A stretch of 64,000 nucleotides of DNA from Octopus bimaculoides (taxonomy: Eukaryota): NCBI RefSeq assembly GCF_001194135.2, contig NC_069000.1, forward strand, positions 46,468,701 to 46,532,700, written 5' to 3'. This document shows, piece after piece, positions 27,833-41,061 of this stretch. Numbering within the stretch: the first letter of the stretch is position 1; each line of letters opens with the position of its first letter. The position numbers and the translations under genes are program-made. The notes beneath the pieces were generated by a model. It searched no databases. It was not told where the DNA came from and saw nothing but the letters and a program-made list of their open reading frames with translations.

Positions 27833-30800
27833 TATATTCTTTCAATTATAGGGATCACTTTAAGTCCCTTGATTTGTAAGTTACAAGGTGAATTTTAACT
27901 TGTGCTAGTGCCAAAGAAAAGCACCCAGTGCCCTTTGTAAGGTGGTTGGCATTAAGAAGGATGTCCAGCCCTTGAGATCATGTCTAAGCAGACACTGGAG
28001 CATGATGTCTTTTCACTCATCAAATCAAACTGTCCAACCCATGCCAGCACGGAAGATGAACTGTGAATAAGGGTACCAGTGATCACACACGTGTGCGCAT
28101 GTGCAGCTGTCCTTTCAGTTTCCATCTATCAAATCCAGTCATGATTGATCAGCCTAGGGCTATAGTGCAGCACACTTGAACAAGGTACTGCACAGTGGGA
28201 CTGAACCTGAAACCTCATTGGTTCAGCCATGCCTACACACACATATTTATGGACAGACATGTCCAAGTGAAATTTTTTATTATTACGGATGTGAGCTGAC
28301 ACAACCATCAGACCAAATGCTTGGCAGCGTTTCATCCGGCTCGTCACGTTTTGAGTTCAAATTCCACCAAAACCGACTTTGCCTTTCACTCTTTAGGGAT
28401 TGATAAAACAAAGTACCAGTCAAGTACCAGTCAAGTACCAAGATTGATAGAATCAATCAGCACCCTTCCTCTCCCTAAACTTGCTGGCCTTATCCCTAAA
28501 TTTGAAACCATTATTACTATTACTATTGTTGTTGTTGTTGTTGTGAAGGTGGTGAGCTGGCAGAACTGTTAGCATGCCAGGCAAAATGCTTAGTGGTATT
28601 TCGCTATGTCCCGAGTTCAAAATTGCACCAAGGTCAGCTTTGCCCTTCATCCATTCGGGGTCGATAAATGAAGTACCAGTCGAGTACTGGAGTTGATGTG
28701 ATTGACTATCCCCCCTCCCCTTAAAATCCAGGCCTTGTGCCTACAGTAGAAAGGATTATTATTGTTGATTGGCAGAATTGTAGAATGGTAGAATACGTGC
28801 TCAGCAATATTTCTTCCGACTCTTAACGTTCTGAGTTCAAATACCACTGAGGTCAACTTTGCCTTTCATCCTTTTGAAGTCAATAGAATAAAGGACCAGC
28901 CACTTAGTGGGGGTCAGTGTAATCAGCTTACCCCCCTTCTCCTTAAAATTGCTGGCATTGTGCCAAAATTTGAAACAATTGTTCTTGTTGTTTTTATTCT
29001 TATTCTTCTTCTTATTCACTTTGTTGTTGTTGTTGTTAATGCTGTGGATTTAAAAAAATATTTTTTCATTTGTTTTTATTGATTTATTTAAAAAACAATT
29101 TCAATTTTGTTTTTGTTGTTGTTGTCACAACCTTTGCTTGGCCTGCCTCTATCTTATCTTGCTTCTTTTTTTTCTTTTTTCTTTTATTTTTTTTTCTTCT
29201 GGCTTGCTTTTTTTAACCTTTTTACCTCCTCCTCCTCTTCTTGCCCTAACATCCCTCCTACTCCTCACCACTCACCCTCCTTTTTANNNNNNNNNNNNNN
29301 NNNNNNNNNNNNNNNNNNNNNNNNNNNNNNNNNNNNNNNNNNNNNNNNNNNNNNNNNNNNNNNNNNNNNNNNNNNNNNNNNNNNNNNNNNNNNNNNNNNN
29401 NNNNNNNNNNNNNNNNNNNNNNNNNNNNNNNNNNNNNNNNNNNNNNNNNNNNNNNNNNNNNNNNNNNNNNNNNNNNNNNNNNNNNNNNNNNNNNNNNNNN
29501 NNNNNNNNNNNNNNNNNNNNNNNNNNNNNNNNNNNNNNNNNNNNNNNNNNNNNNNNNNNNNNNNNNNNNNNNNNNNNNNNNNNNNNNNNNNNNNNNNNNN
29601 NNNNNNNNNNNNNNNNNNNNNNNNNNNNNNNNNNNNNNNNNNNNNNNNNNTTTTTTTTTTTTTTTTTTTTTTTTTTCCTTTTTTTTTGAATGATAAAACC
29701 TGCAGAGTTTGCTGAAACAGATCAGCCTCGATGGCTACGAGAACAACGGCAACAACAACAACAACACCGGTACCATTGGAGGCAACGGAGAACAGCAGCA
29801 TCGCGCTGATGACGACCTGCTCTCATCTGATGGCAGCCCCGCTACGACAGATGAGGACGACGACGAAGATGATGACACAATGCCACCAAAACCACCACGA
29901 CCACTCTCAACACCACCACCGTTAGTCACTACGACTACGGCCAAATGTTTGCCATGGAAACCAAAAGTGAGGTGAGTAACCAAAGTTTGGATAATTGGCG
30001 GCAGGGAAGGGGTAGGCAGAGGTTGTGGGCGGGGAAGGGGCAGGTAGAGTTTCTCTTCACTTGTAGTTGTTGAGGTATGTTTGTATGTGTGTGGGGGTAG
30101 TTCCGTGTGTGTGTGTGTGTGTGTGTGGTTTCATTTGTATGGGTGTGTGTTTGTGAGCAGTTCTGTGTGTGTAAGAGTAGTTCTGTGTGTGTGTGCATGT
30201 GGTTCCATTTGTATGGGTGTGTGTGTGAGTGATTTCTGTTTGTGTATGAAAGATCACATTTCCAGATGTGTGGTGTGTTGTCTCCAAATGTGTGTAAGTA
30301 TCTCCTTATGATTGTCTAAGGTTGAGTGTCTCTAGATTTGTGTGTGTGTGTGTGTGTGATACTAGTGGTTTTATGCTAAGTTTTTCCCTTTTCTGTCATC
30401 CATGCTTTTAATTATTTCTCACAATGTGTAGGGACATGGTGTATCTATTTCAAAACCAGGGTATGCACAGTAACATGTGATCGACCAGACTATCAGACGT
30501 TGTTGTACATCGCTGATCACAGTGCACTTTGCATCGTTTCTTTAGCTTTCAAATGTTACCACCCCACTGGCTAGGCCAACAGGCCAACGTTCTCCTTGAT
30601 TGGAAGGCCAGTCCATTTACTACTGAATGGACTGGAGCAACATGAAATGAAGTGTCTTGCTCAAGAACACAACACACAGCCTGATCCGGGAATCAAACTC
30701 ACTTCCTCATGATTATGAGTGCAACACCCTAACCACTTGGCCACGCACTGTCATGTGGAATGTAATTGGTGTGAAAGACTTGTTAGTCTTTGGGTTATGA

Positions 30801-32428
30801 AGCCAGCATTGCAAATATGAGGTGTTGTCTGTCAAAGCTAACCAAACTGTTGATAGTGTGTGAAATGTAGATGAATGTAAAAGACATTCTCTTCTGTTTT
30901 TTGTTTCAACAGGTTAAAAGATCTGGAATTGTTTTTGGACCAGACCAGAGCCAAATTTGTTGGTTTTCAAGTAAAAGGTGATCACAGTTCTTTGGCTGGT
31001 CTTCCACAGCCAATTCACGAAGGAGTCAAGGTGCTCCGTGAAGTAAGTTGCTTTTACCCCTTTTTTTTTTGTTGCCAATCCTATTAATTCTAGTCCTTAT
31101 CTGACAGACCTATGGTCAAAGGTGTTTTAGCCATGACCATCCTGATCAAGATTATAGAATGGTTTCAGCTTCTTTTAAAATGATAGGGTGTGGTTTGAGG
31201 AAAACTTGACTGTTATTTCTGACCTGTTAAGTGCCTGCTTACAAACTCTTTTATCTTGTGCATTTGGTATGCAATATATAAAAAATATATTTAGTGATAT
31301 ATATATATATTATATAATGCCCCCCCCCCCTGCATGTAAAGCTTCTAAACTGTTTTATACCAATATTTTTTGTTCTTGTTTTACAGCACTTGTACATCTC
31401 TCTGTCTGAATTGCAAATCAAACGAGAGGATGAAATTGCAAAAAATCCATTTTCCATGGTAAGTTTTCTTCATTTTCATTTCCGATGCCAAGTCTGTCCT
31501 TCTTAAAAAAAAAAAAATGGAAATCATTATTAGATATTATATAAGTCTGCTAATAGCTATGTTGTTCTAATCCCTATTAGTGGGGCTGTCGACGGTTTCT
31601 GTCTCAGTAGTGCTTAACCAGGGGCCACAGATCCCCAGGGATTCACAAAGATTGTCCAGTGGAAACTAAAGAGATGTGTTCAGAAGTTTAGAAAGTTGCA
31701 AAGTAAAATAAAAAAGATTACTCAGTCACATAGTATTTCTAAATTACTCATATCTGATTACTCTTTTACGCATAATTGCTCATTTATATCTAAGTACTCA
31801 GCATAATTATTTATATCTAATTACTCAGTTGTGCATAATTACTCATTTATGCCTGATTGCTCAGTTGTGCATAAGCACTCATTTGTACCTGGTTACTCAT
31901 ATATGTCTAATTACTCATTTATGTCTCATTACTCATTTATGCCTAATTACTCAGTTGTGCATAATTACTCATATCTAATTACTCAGTTATGCATAATTAC
32001 TCATTTATATCACATGAGAGGAGAAACAGGGAAAATGCATTAGAGCATTTGAAAAAATGCCTTGTGGTGTTTTCTTCTGTCCCTTTATGCTCTGAGTTCA
32101 AATTCTTTCAAGGTCAGCTTTTCCTTTAATATTTCCAGGGTTGAAAAAGTAAGGTACCAGTAATTACTGGATCAGTGGTATCGGATGTTCCCCCATCCCC
32201 TGGAAATTGCAGTCTTTGAGCCTGAATCAAAAAATGTTGTTGATTTTTTTTTTTTTTTTACAATTTCTTTTCATTTCTGTTGCAGCCAGAAAAAGAAATC
32301 CCCAACACCCCCACTGAACTCTTGTACCAGGCCCTTCTTCCAAGTCTACCACAGTATAGTGTAAGTATCAACACCTTTATTGGTTTTACAGACATTACAC
32401 AGCATATATGTGTGTGTGTGTGTGTGTG

Positions 32429-32485
<57 letters not shown>

Positions 32486-32730
32486 GCTATTATGTTAAAC
32501 TGTCGTATGTCCAAAATTGGCCAAATGTGTTTCTTTCAATATTTACTTTTGCTTGCAATAGCCAGTTCTTTTGGTCAAACTATCGTATCTCCAGTTGCTT
32601 CAGATGCCAAGATAATCAAAAATTGTCAAAGCGTAGTAAAACAGTTTTGCTATGGAATGGTGAAACTATTTTTTTTGTTTTTTGAAAAAAGGCAACATTT
32701 TGGACTTACGACACTTTTGCATAATAGCAA

Positions 32731-32764
<34 letters not shown>

Positions 32765-35392
32765 ATATATATATATACCTTAACTGGTTATATATAGTTA
32801 TTTCTCTCTCCCCCCTCCTCCTACACTGGCATACAGTTACTGTATCCCAAAGTTTCTATCCAAACCTAACATATATATACTCACGTGTTTTATCTCTTCC
32901 AGATTGCTCTCCTCAAGATACTCCTGGCAGCTTGTCCTACTTCAAAAACAAAATCAGAATCCATCAATATCCTCACTGATGTTCTGCCGTGAGTTTAAAA
33001 ATTTTATGATTTGTCTGTCTTTCATCTGGAGTTGATTAAACCATCTACCAGTAATATACTGGGCTATCAATATAAATCCCTACTTTTTATTTCATATCTC
33101 ATCTTTTTCTGGTTGTTACATATATTCTACAACACTAAAACTTTTCTCTTACCTTAACATTAGCACTGTCATGAAGCCCACCACATCACCATTCAGCTGT
33201 TAAACTGGGCAGCAGCAGCAAGAATATAAACTAGCCAACCACCACCACTATCACCATCACTACAACTATTACTACTACCACTTCAATGTTACTATTACTT
33301 GTATAAGCACACTGCTGAACCAGCTCTGTAATCCCTACTGTCATTACTACCACCACTTACACACTCTCTCTCTCTAACTAACAGTCATACCCTCATGAAG
33401 CCCACCACATCACCACCATCCACCACCATTTATCTGTATATCATTGTATGTTCATTAACTTTCCTTCCTTCCTTCCATTCCAGCCACCTCACAAATGATC
33501 AAGAGCCAGATGCCCAAAACATAAGGTTGCCACCTTTTTTTTTTACCTCTCTCTCTCCTCATGTTTCTTTTGTCTGTATCATTATTATTATTGTTATTGT
33601 TATTGTTATTAAGGCAGGCGAGTTGGCAAAATTGTTACCTTGCCAGGCAAAATGCTTCACAGCATTTCGTTCATTTTTATGACCTGGGTTCAACTTCCGC
33701 TAGTGTCAACTTACATCCCCACCCCTCACATTTTCTGACCATGTGCCCAAAATGAGAAAGTGTTGTTATTATTATCATTTATTATCCTATGCTATCAGCT
33801 AGACAACATAATTCCTGCTGAATGGCAACCAGTCACACAGAGCAGGCATTGTAGTGTAATGTTATTGTTCAAAACAGCTTCAAGTTCTGTTGGCCTTCTT
33901 TTCTCAGTTCAAAACCAAAAAAAAACAAATGGTTTTGAGAATATAGGTTGCAAAGACAAGAATTTATGTAGAATGTGAGTTGTTGTGATTAGTATTTTCT
34001 GGATTTCCTGTTAGGTTTTCCTGTTATTTTTTTTTTCAAGGAAATCGCTCTTTTTTTTTTTTTGATTCCTGGTGCTTCAGTCACTGCTCGTATTATTTGT
34101 CTTCCAGTGCCACATCCTGCTTATTTCAATTTCTAGGTCTTTATATTTGGCAAATTTATCATATTCTTGGCTGGCATCATCATCATCATCATTATTAATA
34201 TGTCAAGCCAGCAGAACCATTGGCGCACTGGACAAAATGCATCCATCTCTGTATCCTGAGTTCAAATTCCACTCATGTCCAGTTTGCCTTTTGTCCTTTC
34301 AGGGTCCATGAAATAAATACCATTTGAGTAATGGGCTCAATATAATTATCTAATGTCCTCCCCTAAAATATTTTGGTCCTAATTTCTATAGTAGAAAGAA
34401 TTGTTATTGTTGTTATTTGTTACCTTTTATACCTCCAAGCTTGATAAAATAAATACCAGTCAAATACCTCGCCCCCCCCCCCAATATTTACTAGTCATGT
34501 GTCAAGATGGCACATTTGTAAGGGTATGAGATAAAATGCTGTGTCATCTTTCTTCCAGCTCTCTTCATCCTGAGTTCAAATTTGACCAAGGTTGTTTTGC
34601 CTTTCTCCTCTCAGGGTCCATAAAAAAACCCCATTTGAGTGCTGCAGTTCAGTTGGTTTGCCCTTTCCCTCCAAAATTTCAAGCTTTGTGCCTATGGTAG
34701 AAAGGATTATTGTTGTTGTTGTTATTGTTGGTGAGCTGGCAGAACTGTTAGCACGCTGGGTGAAATGCTTAGTGGCATTTAGCCTGTCACTACATTTTGA
34801 GTTCAAATTCCGACGAGGTTGACTTTGCCTTTCATCCTTTTGGGATCGATGTGGTCACCCCCCCCCCCCAAATTTTTTTTCAGGCCTTGTGCCTATAATA
34901 GAAAGGATTCAGAATTGTCTGTGTGTGCTGAGTGTACTTAGTTATCTCCCTTTACGTGAAACACTGGGGTCAATGTAAGTGACTTGCCCCTTCCCTCCAA
35001 ATTTGAGGCCTTGTGAGCTGGCAGAATTGTCATTGCTGTGGGTAAAATGATCAGAGGCATTTCTTGAAGCTTAACATTCTGAGTTCAAATAGCATGGAGG
35101 TCGACTTTGCTTTTTATCATTTTACGGCTGATAATATGTGCCAATTAAGCACTTGGGGGTCAATGTAATCAAGTAAGTGCCTCCCCCCAAATCTCATGCC
35201 TTGTGCTTATCCTAGAAAAGATTATTATTATTATTAATAACAGCAGCAGTCATCGCATAGGGTTGCCAGCAGTTGCAGTGGTGATTGCAATTCAGTTGTT
35301 CTTTATTGTTAACAAAGTATCAGGTTATCACTAAAATATGTCTGGTGTACAGATTGCATATGACAGTGTATAACATAAAGTGCATGTGACAA

Positions 35393-35456
<64 letters not shown>

Positions 35457-36447
35457 GTTATGTATGTGTGTGTTGTAGTTGGTAACTTTAGTTATCCAGG
35501 TAACCTGATTGTCAGTGGCAGCAGGTGTTTCCAACACCTAATAATCAGAATTGAAACTGGATAGACAAAGTTTAAGGAGTTGTAACCTCTACTGGTAATA
35601 AAGGGTCTCTCTGTCAGTGAAGGACCAATTGTATGATACTTATGTATGAAATGTGATGCTGCAGGGTAGTGAGACAGAGGACTTGAATGCTGAGGATTTA
35701 AAGTGAGTAGAAAGAAATGAATTGTAAAAACAAACATTGAGGTTCACCTCACAAAGTAAGTTCTACTTATTTAAATGTTTCTATTTTAATTTTATGTAAA
35801 TTAGTGACCAATAACAGTATGCAACACCTAAATTCACTAATTGAAGTTAGTGTTTCTTAAAAAAAAAATACAATCTGATCTAATTAAAGACCTATCATTC
35901 TGGCTCCTAGAAAATTCAAACCTAGGGACAGCAGAAAGTCAACATCATAACAGTCTAACCTTCCTCCCTCATCCTTTGCACTCAAAAACTCGTCCCCTGC
36001 CAAATATGTCCCTAGCAAAATCTACATACGCCTAGTTTGCTTCAGTCCATGTCAGTGGGTGGACCTTGAATTAAGATGCTTAGATTAATGGCTTGTTAAA
36101 AAGTAAACGGATGCAAATGCAATTACTACATGTCTCTGCAGTAGAAACATGTGTTGGACAAATTTAAAATCAAAAATGCTGTAATTGGTTGCAGAAATAA
36201 CCAAAAATAATTTTATAGATGCATTAATCTCTGTATTCATTGTTAGAGTATTGGATATAAACTTAGTTAGATATTCATAATCCAGAGAAGTGAGCCTAGG
36301 ATTTGCCCATCAGATATAATACAGTGGAATTGCTTAACTCAAGTAATTCTAGGTGTTCATTACAACTTGGTACAGTTAACCTTAACCTGGATTATAACTA
36401 AGTTCTTGAATGGTAACCACCAGGATATTGTATCCCTCTCTATTCAC

Positions 36448-36481
<34 letters not shown>

Positions 36482-36832
36482 TATGTATATATACACACAT
36501 ATATGTATATATATTGCAGTGTTGTGTGTTTATGTTTTGCAGGACGACAGTTTTACAGTCAGTGAAATTAGAAATTGATATTAATCGTCACAAAGAGATT
36601 ATCACTAAAGCAATTTCAGGGCTGTTGTTGTTGCTTCTGAAACATTTTAAACTGAACCATATTTACCAGGTAAGATACAATCATTTATCCATCATCATCA
36701 TTTTATGTCCTTTATTTCCGACTTTAATGCTGTCGGGGTCGATAAATAAAGCACCAGTGAAACAGTGGGGGTCAATGTAATCAACTATCCCCCTCTCGCC
36801 AAATTTCAGGCCTTGTGCCTTTAGTAGAAAGG

Positions 36833-36874
<42 letters not shown>

Positions 36875-37158
36875 GATCTGTTTTTCTCTTTGTCTTTTCC
36901 AGTTTGAGTTTTTGAGCCAACATTTAGTGCTTGCTAACTGCATTCCACTTGTTTTAAAGTTTTTCAACCAGAATATTATGTCGTATGTAGCCACCAAAAA
37001 CAGGTGAGTCTTTCATTAATTCTATACCTGCAGTGTTTCTTCCTTCCCTGCACACCTTTCTAAACACTTGAACCATTGCAGAACTGATAGATACCCATCC
37101 CTCCTCCCCACCGCTCTCTCCCTGTCTTCATTTTTCTCAGAGATTGCTATTTCTTTCT

Positions 37159-37196
<38 letters not shown>

Positions 37197-40100
37197 GATA
37201 TCCATGTCTCCCTCTTTATCTCGTGTGGTTATTCAGTCTCTCTCTCTTTCTCTCTCGATTCCTCTCATAGACATCTATGTCCCCTCTCGCTCATTAATCA
37301 ACCAGTTGACTAATTACTTCAATATAAACAGTTTGATGTGTCTCAATGAATTATTACATGGAACTCTGTGGTGGACATCAAACACAACAACCTGTATTTT
37401 ACGATGTCTGTATTAAGATTTCAGTATCTCTGTGTTTGCTATATATCCCACACTAACTATATAATATACACGTGCTAACTATATGATAACTCTTGGTCTG
37501 CTGTTCCTGAAATGACTTGTGACTAAATGAAACCAACCTTAGGAACGGTGCCATTCTGAAATCCATGTCGACAGTGGGTTAACTCCCTTGGATAATTTTA
37601 TGAAGATGGTGCATTACTAAAGTATAAGATAGATAAAACATGTCTTGTCTGGAGTCAATAACCACACACGATGTGCTACAACAGATGTACACATGGCGTT
37701 TATACAATATGCTGGTGGAGAGAAAAGCAGTGGACATCTGTCCTTGAATGTATTGTATGGTCGAATGATTTACATTTGTCACAACACATAGTATTGGGTG
37801 TTAAATCTATTGAAGATGTAAGGTACAGTGTTAAAGGAATGAAATGAAACACTGTTAACATGGCAGCTGATATATGAGAGAGAGAGACAGACAGAAAGAA
37901 GAGAGGTTATTAATGTGGATGGTTGAGATAGCACCAACTTTGAAGATGCTGGGAGCTGACAAGGGGCAGCAAATATCCAGCAGGTTTTATGTGTTTTGAA
38001 GGAGTGAGTTTTTTTTTTTACCCCAGACCTAAAATATTTAAACCAGAAACAAAACTCATTTTGTTGGGATTAAAATATGAGCAGGAGGACTGCATTGTGC
38101 TCCAGTATATGCTTTGGTAGGGTTTCTACTGTGTGTACAGGGAGCTTTATCCATGGTGCCAGCACTAACGAGGTTTCCATGTGGCTTGCAAGATGAAACG
38201 TCAATAGATTCAACTGGTTTTTATTCTTGGTGTTGTGAGGTTAGAGTATGAAGGGAAGTGTCACAACGGGTTTCTTGTTGTAGAATAGGTAGATGGCTAT
38301 TCACATTATACACGAGTGGGTGGGAGTGACCAGGGTAGAACTGGAAAAAGATTAAGAGGGTGGTGATGATGTGTCAGGGTAGGCCCTGAAGGGTAGGAGA
38401 ACAGGAAGGGTGGCTGGGTATTACCTATGAATCTGATTAATGGTGGGTGTCTTTGTGTGTAGCAAGTGGTGTGTGTGTGTGTGTGTGTGCACTTGAAAGT
38501 TTGTATTTGCCATATCAGAGTGTGTGAGTGTGTGTGTCTGTGTTTGGCTTTCTTCTTTATTTTTCGTTTGGTGCCACTAAAAGTGTCGTTCTCTTCTTCT
38601 CTTTCAGTATTGTAGCTTTAGATTTCCCCTCCTGTGTTATTGGTGAACAAATTGAAATAACTGGGGAAAATCTGGTAAGTTCCACTGAAATATATCCTAA
38701 GACAAGGACCAGAATTTGTTGTTGTATAGAATTGGTCACTAATGATAGAACAGGTCTAATGAAGAGGAGTAATTACGTGAACATAATCTCAAGAACTTAA
38801 ACGTCTTATAGACTTATTAGACTTAAGTCAAGTCACTTGTATAACATTTCCATGATTGGGGATCCTTAATTTTTTTACCAGGATTTTTGAACTCTGACCC
38901 TTTTGTGCAGAACCACTTGGAACTGTCTGTGGTTGTGGGATTGCAACTTCTTATTTAAAAGTGATCTACATTTAAACCTTCCTACAAAATTTCATAATAT
39001 ACTTTCTAAGTATCCGTTTAATAATGATGAAATTAATGCATTAAATTCTTCCTTAATTTCAAAATTAAGCGAAATGAAAGTGATGTATTTCAACTGAAAT
39101 ATGGTATCGAAAGGGTTAAATATGCATCCCACTTAAAAATTGACTTCAGTTTAATGTTTGTCTAACAAAGCAGTTGGAGTGTCTCAGTAAAAGATTTGCT
39201 AAGTTTCATTTAAAATTTGACACGGCACTTACACTTTGGAAATTTTTTGTTAACACTTTGGATAATTTCTGCTGTGGGGATGTATCTTGTGTATTTTCCT
39301 TTTTGACCTGGTAGAAGAGTTCATCTCCATCCAAGTCTGATCACGGTCAATCCTCCTAGAGAAAAAAAGAAAGACAAAGAGGAGAATAATTGCACCCAGT
39401 ACAGGGCTGATAGTTTATTTATTAACTTTGGAGGGATGAAAGATAAAGTTGACTTCAATGGGTTTTGAACTCATGGAGCCAAGGGCCAAAGTAAAACAAC
39501 ACAGTGAGTTTTATCTGATGCTCTAACAACTCTGCCAGCTTTCCACCCTCCATATAGCACCACAGATACCCACCCCTTTGCCAAATATGTTACTTTGTGC
39601 TAATATAAGAAATTATTACAACTAAACATTAAGAAAAGGTTGTGGAATGGTCAGGATGGTAAAGCATCTTCATTTCGGTCCATTTCTATGGATTTTGAGT
39701 TCAAATTCTGCAAAAACTGATTTTATATTTTATCTCCCTACAGTTGGTACCAGTGATAAACTATGGTTGTGTCAATATGGCAAACTGCTGACAGCATTTT
39801 TATCATTCTTTATTCTGAAATGTTTTTTTGTTTCTTCATATTTTCTTCAGGAAAATGGTGATGACCAAGTGTTCTGTTGGCGCAACTTGTTTTCCTGTAT
39901 CAATCTTCTGAGAATTTTGAATAAATTGATCAAATGGAAACATGCCAGAACTATGGTGAGTCAGTGCTTCTCTCTTTCCTCCTTCATCTGGGATTCTCAT
40001 TCCTTTAGACACCATTATTCTAGGAATATCCTCCTCCTCCTACTCCTCATTTTAATGTTCACTTTTATCCGCTTGTGTGGTTAGATGGAATTTCCTGCAA

Positions 40101-40735
40101 CCAGCTCTCACTTGTTTACATGCAAAGTAATATTTCTCGGTGTCTAGACATGTTTTTTCACATAAGATTGGACACTGCTTGTATGACAGGGGTGCTCATT
40201 TACAACTATTACATGATGCTAAGCCATGTTTACTGCTGCACCATACTGTAATAACTCGCCAGTGTGGTGGTCAAGGTCAGGACGGCATTCGTTGATATAT
40301 TCTCTGCAAATTGACACTGTGTTGTTGTTGCTGTAATGGGTTTTGTTTTGTGTGTGTGTTTTTCTTCAGATGCTGGTTGTGTTCAAGTCGCACCCCTTCC
40401 TGAAGCACGCCCTTACAGTCAAGCAGTCTATGATGCAGCTTTATGTGCTGAAACTACTTAAAATGCAAACCAAATACCTCGGACGACAATGGAGGAAGAG
40501 CAACATGAAAACCATGTCTGCCATTTACCAGAAAGTCCGACATAGACTCAACGATGACTGGGCTTTCGGAAATGGTGAGTTAGTTCCAACGCCAAACGCT
40601 ATCTGTTGTCTGTGTGTCTCCTTCGTCTCCTCCAATGTTTTGTTGACTACAACCACTTCACACTGCAATTTATATGTCACACTACACATTACACACCCAT
40701 ACATTACACATATTCTCTACTTCTAAACACTGCAT

Positions 40736-40770
<35 letters not shown>

Positions 40771-41026
40771 CTACTACTAGGAACTACTCATAAACTTCAT
40801 TACACATGCACACACACACACATTACACATGCTGTACAAACACACTACCATACAACCACACACAAACTCTTTTCATACCATCACATACACTACTACTACT
40901 ACGACACATTACGTACCATACATTACTCACACACACACTCTACCACTACACACATACACATAAACTATCATTACACACACAAACACACTACACATGCATG
41001 TACTGAACACATACATTGCCTTACCA

Positions 41027-41061
<35 letters not shown>

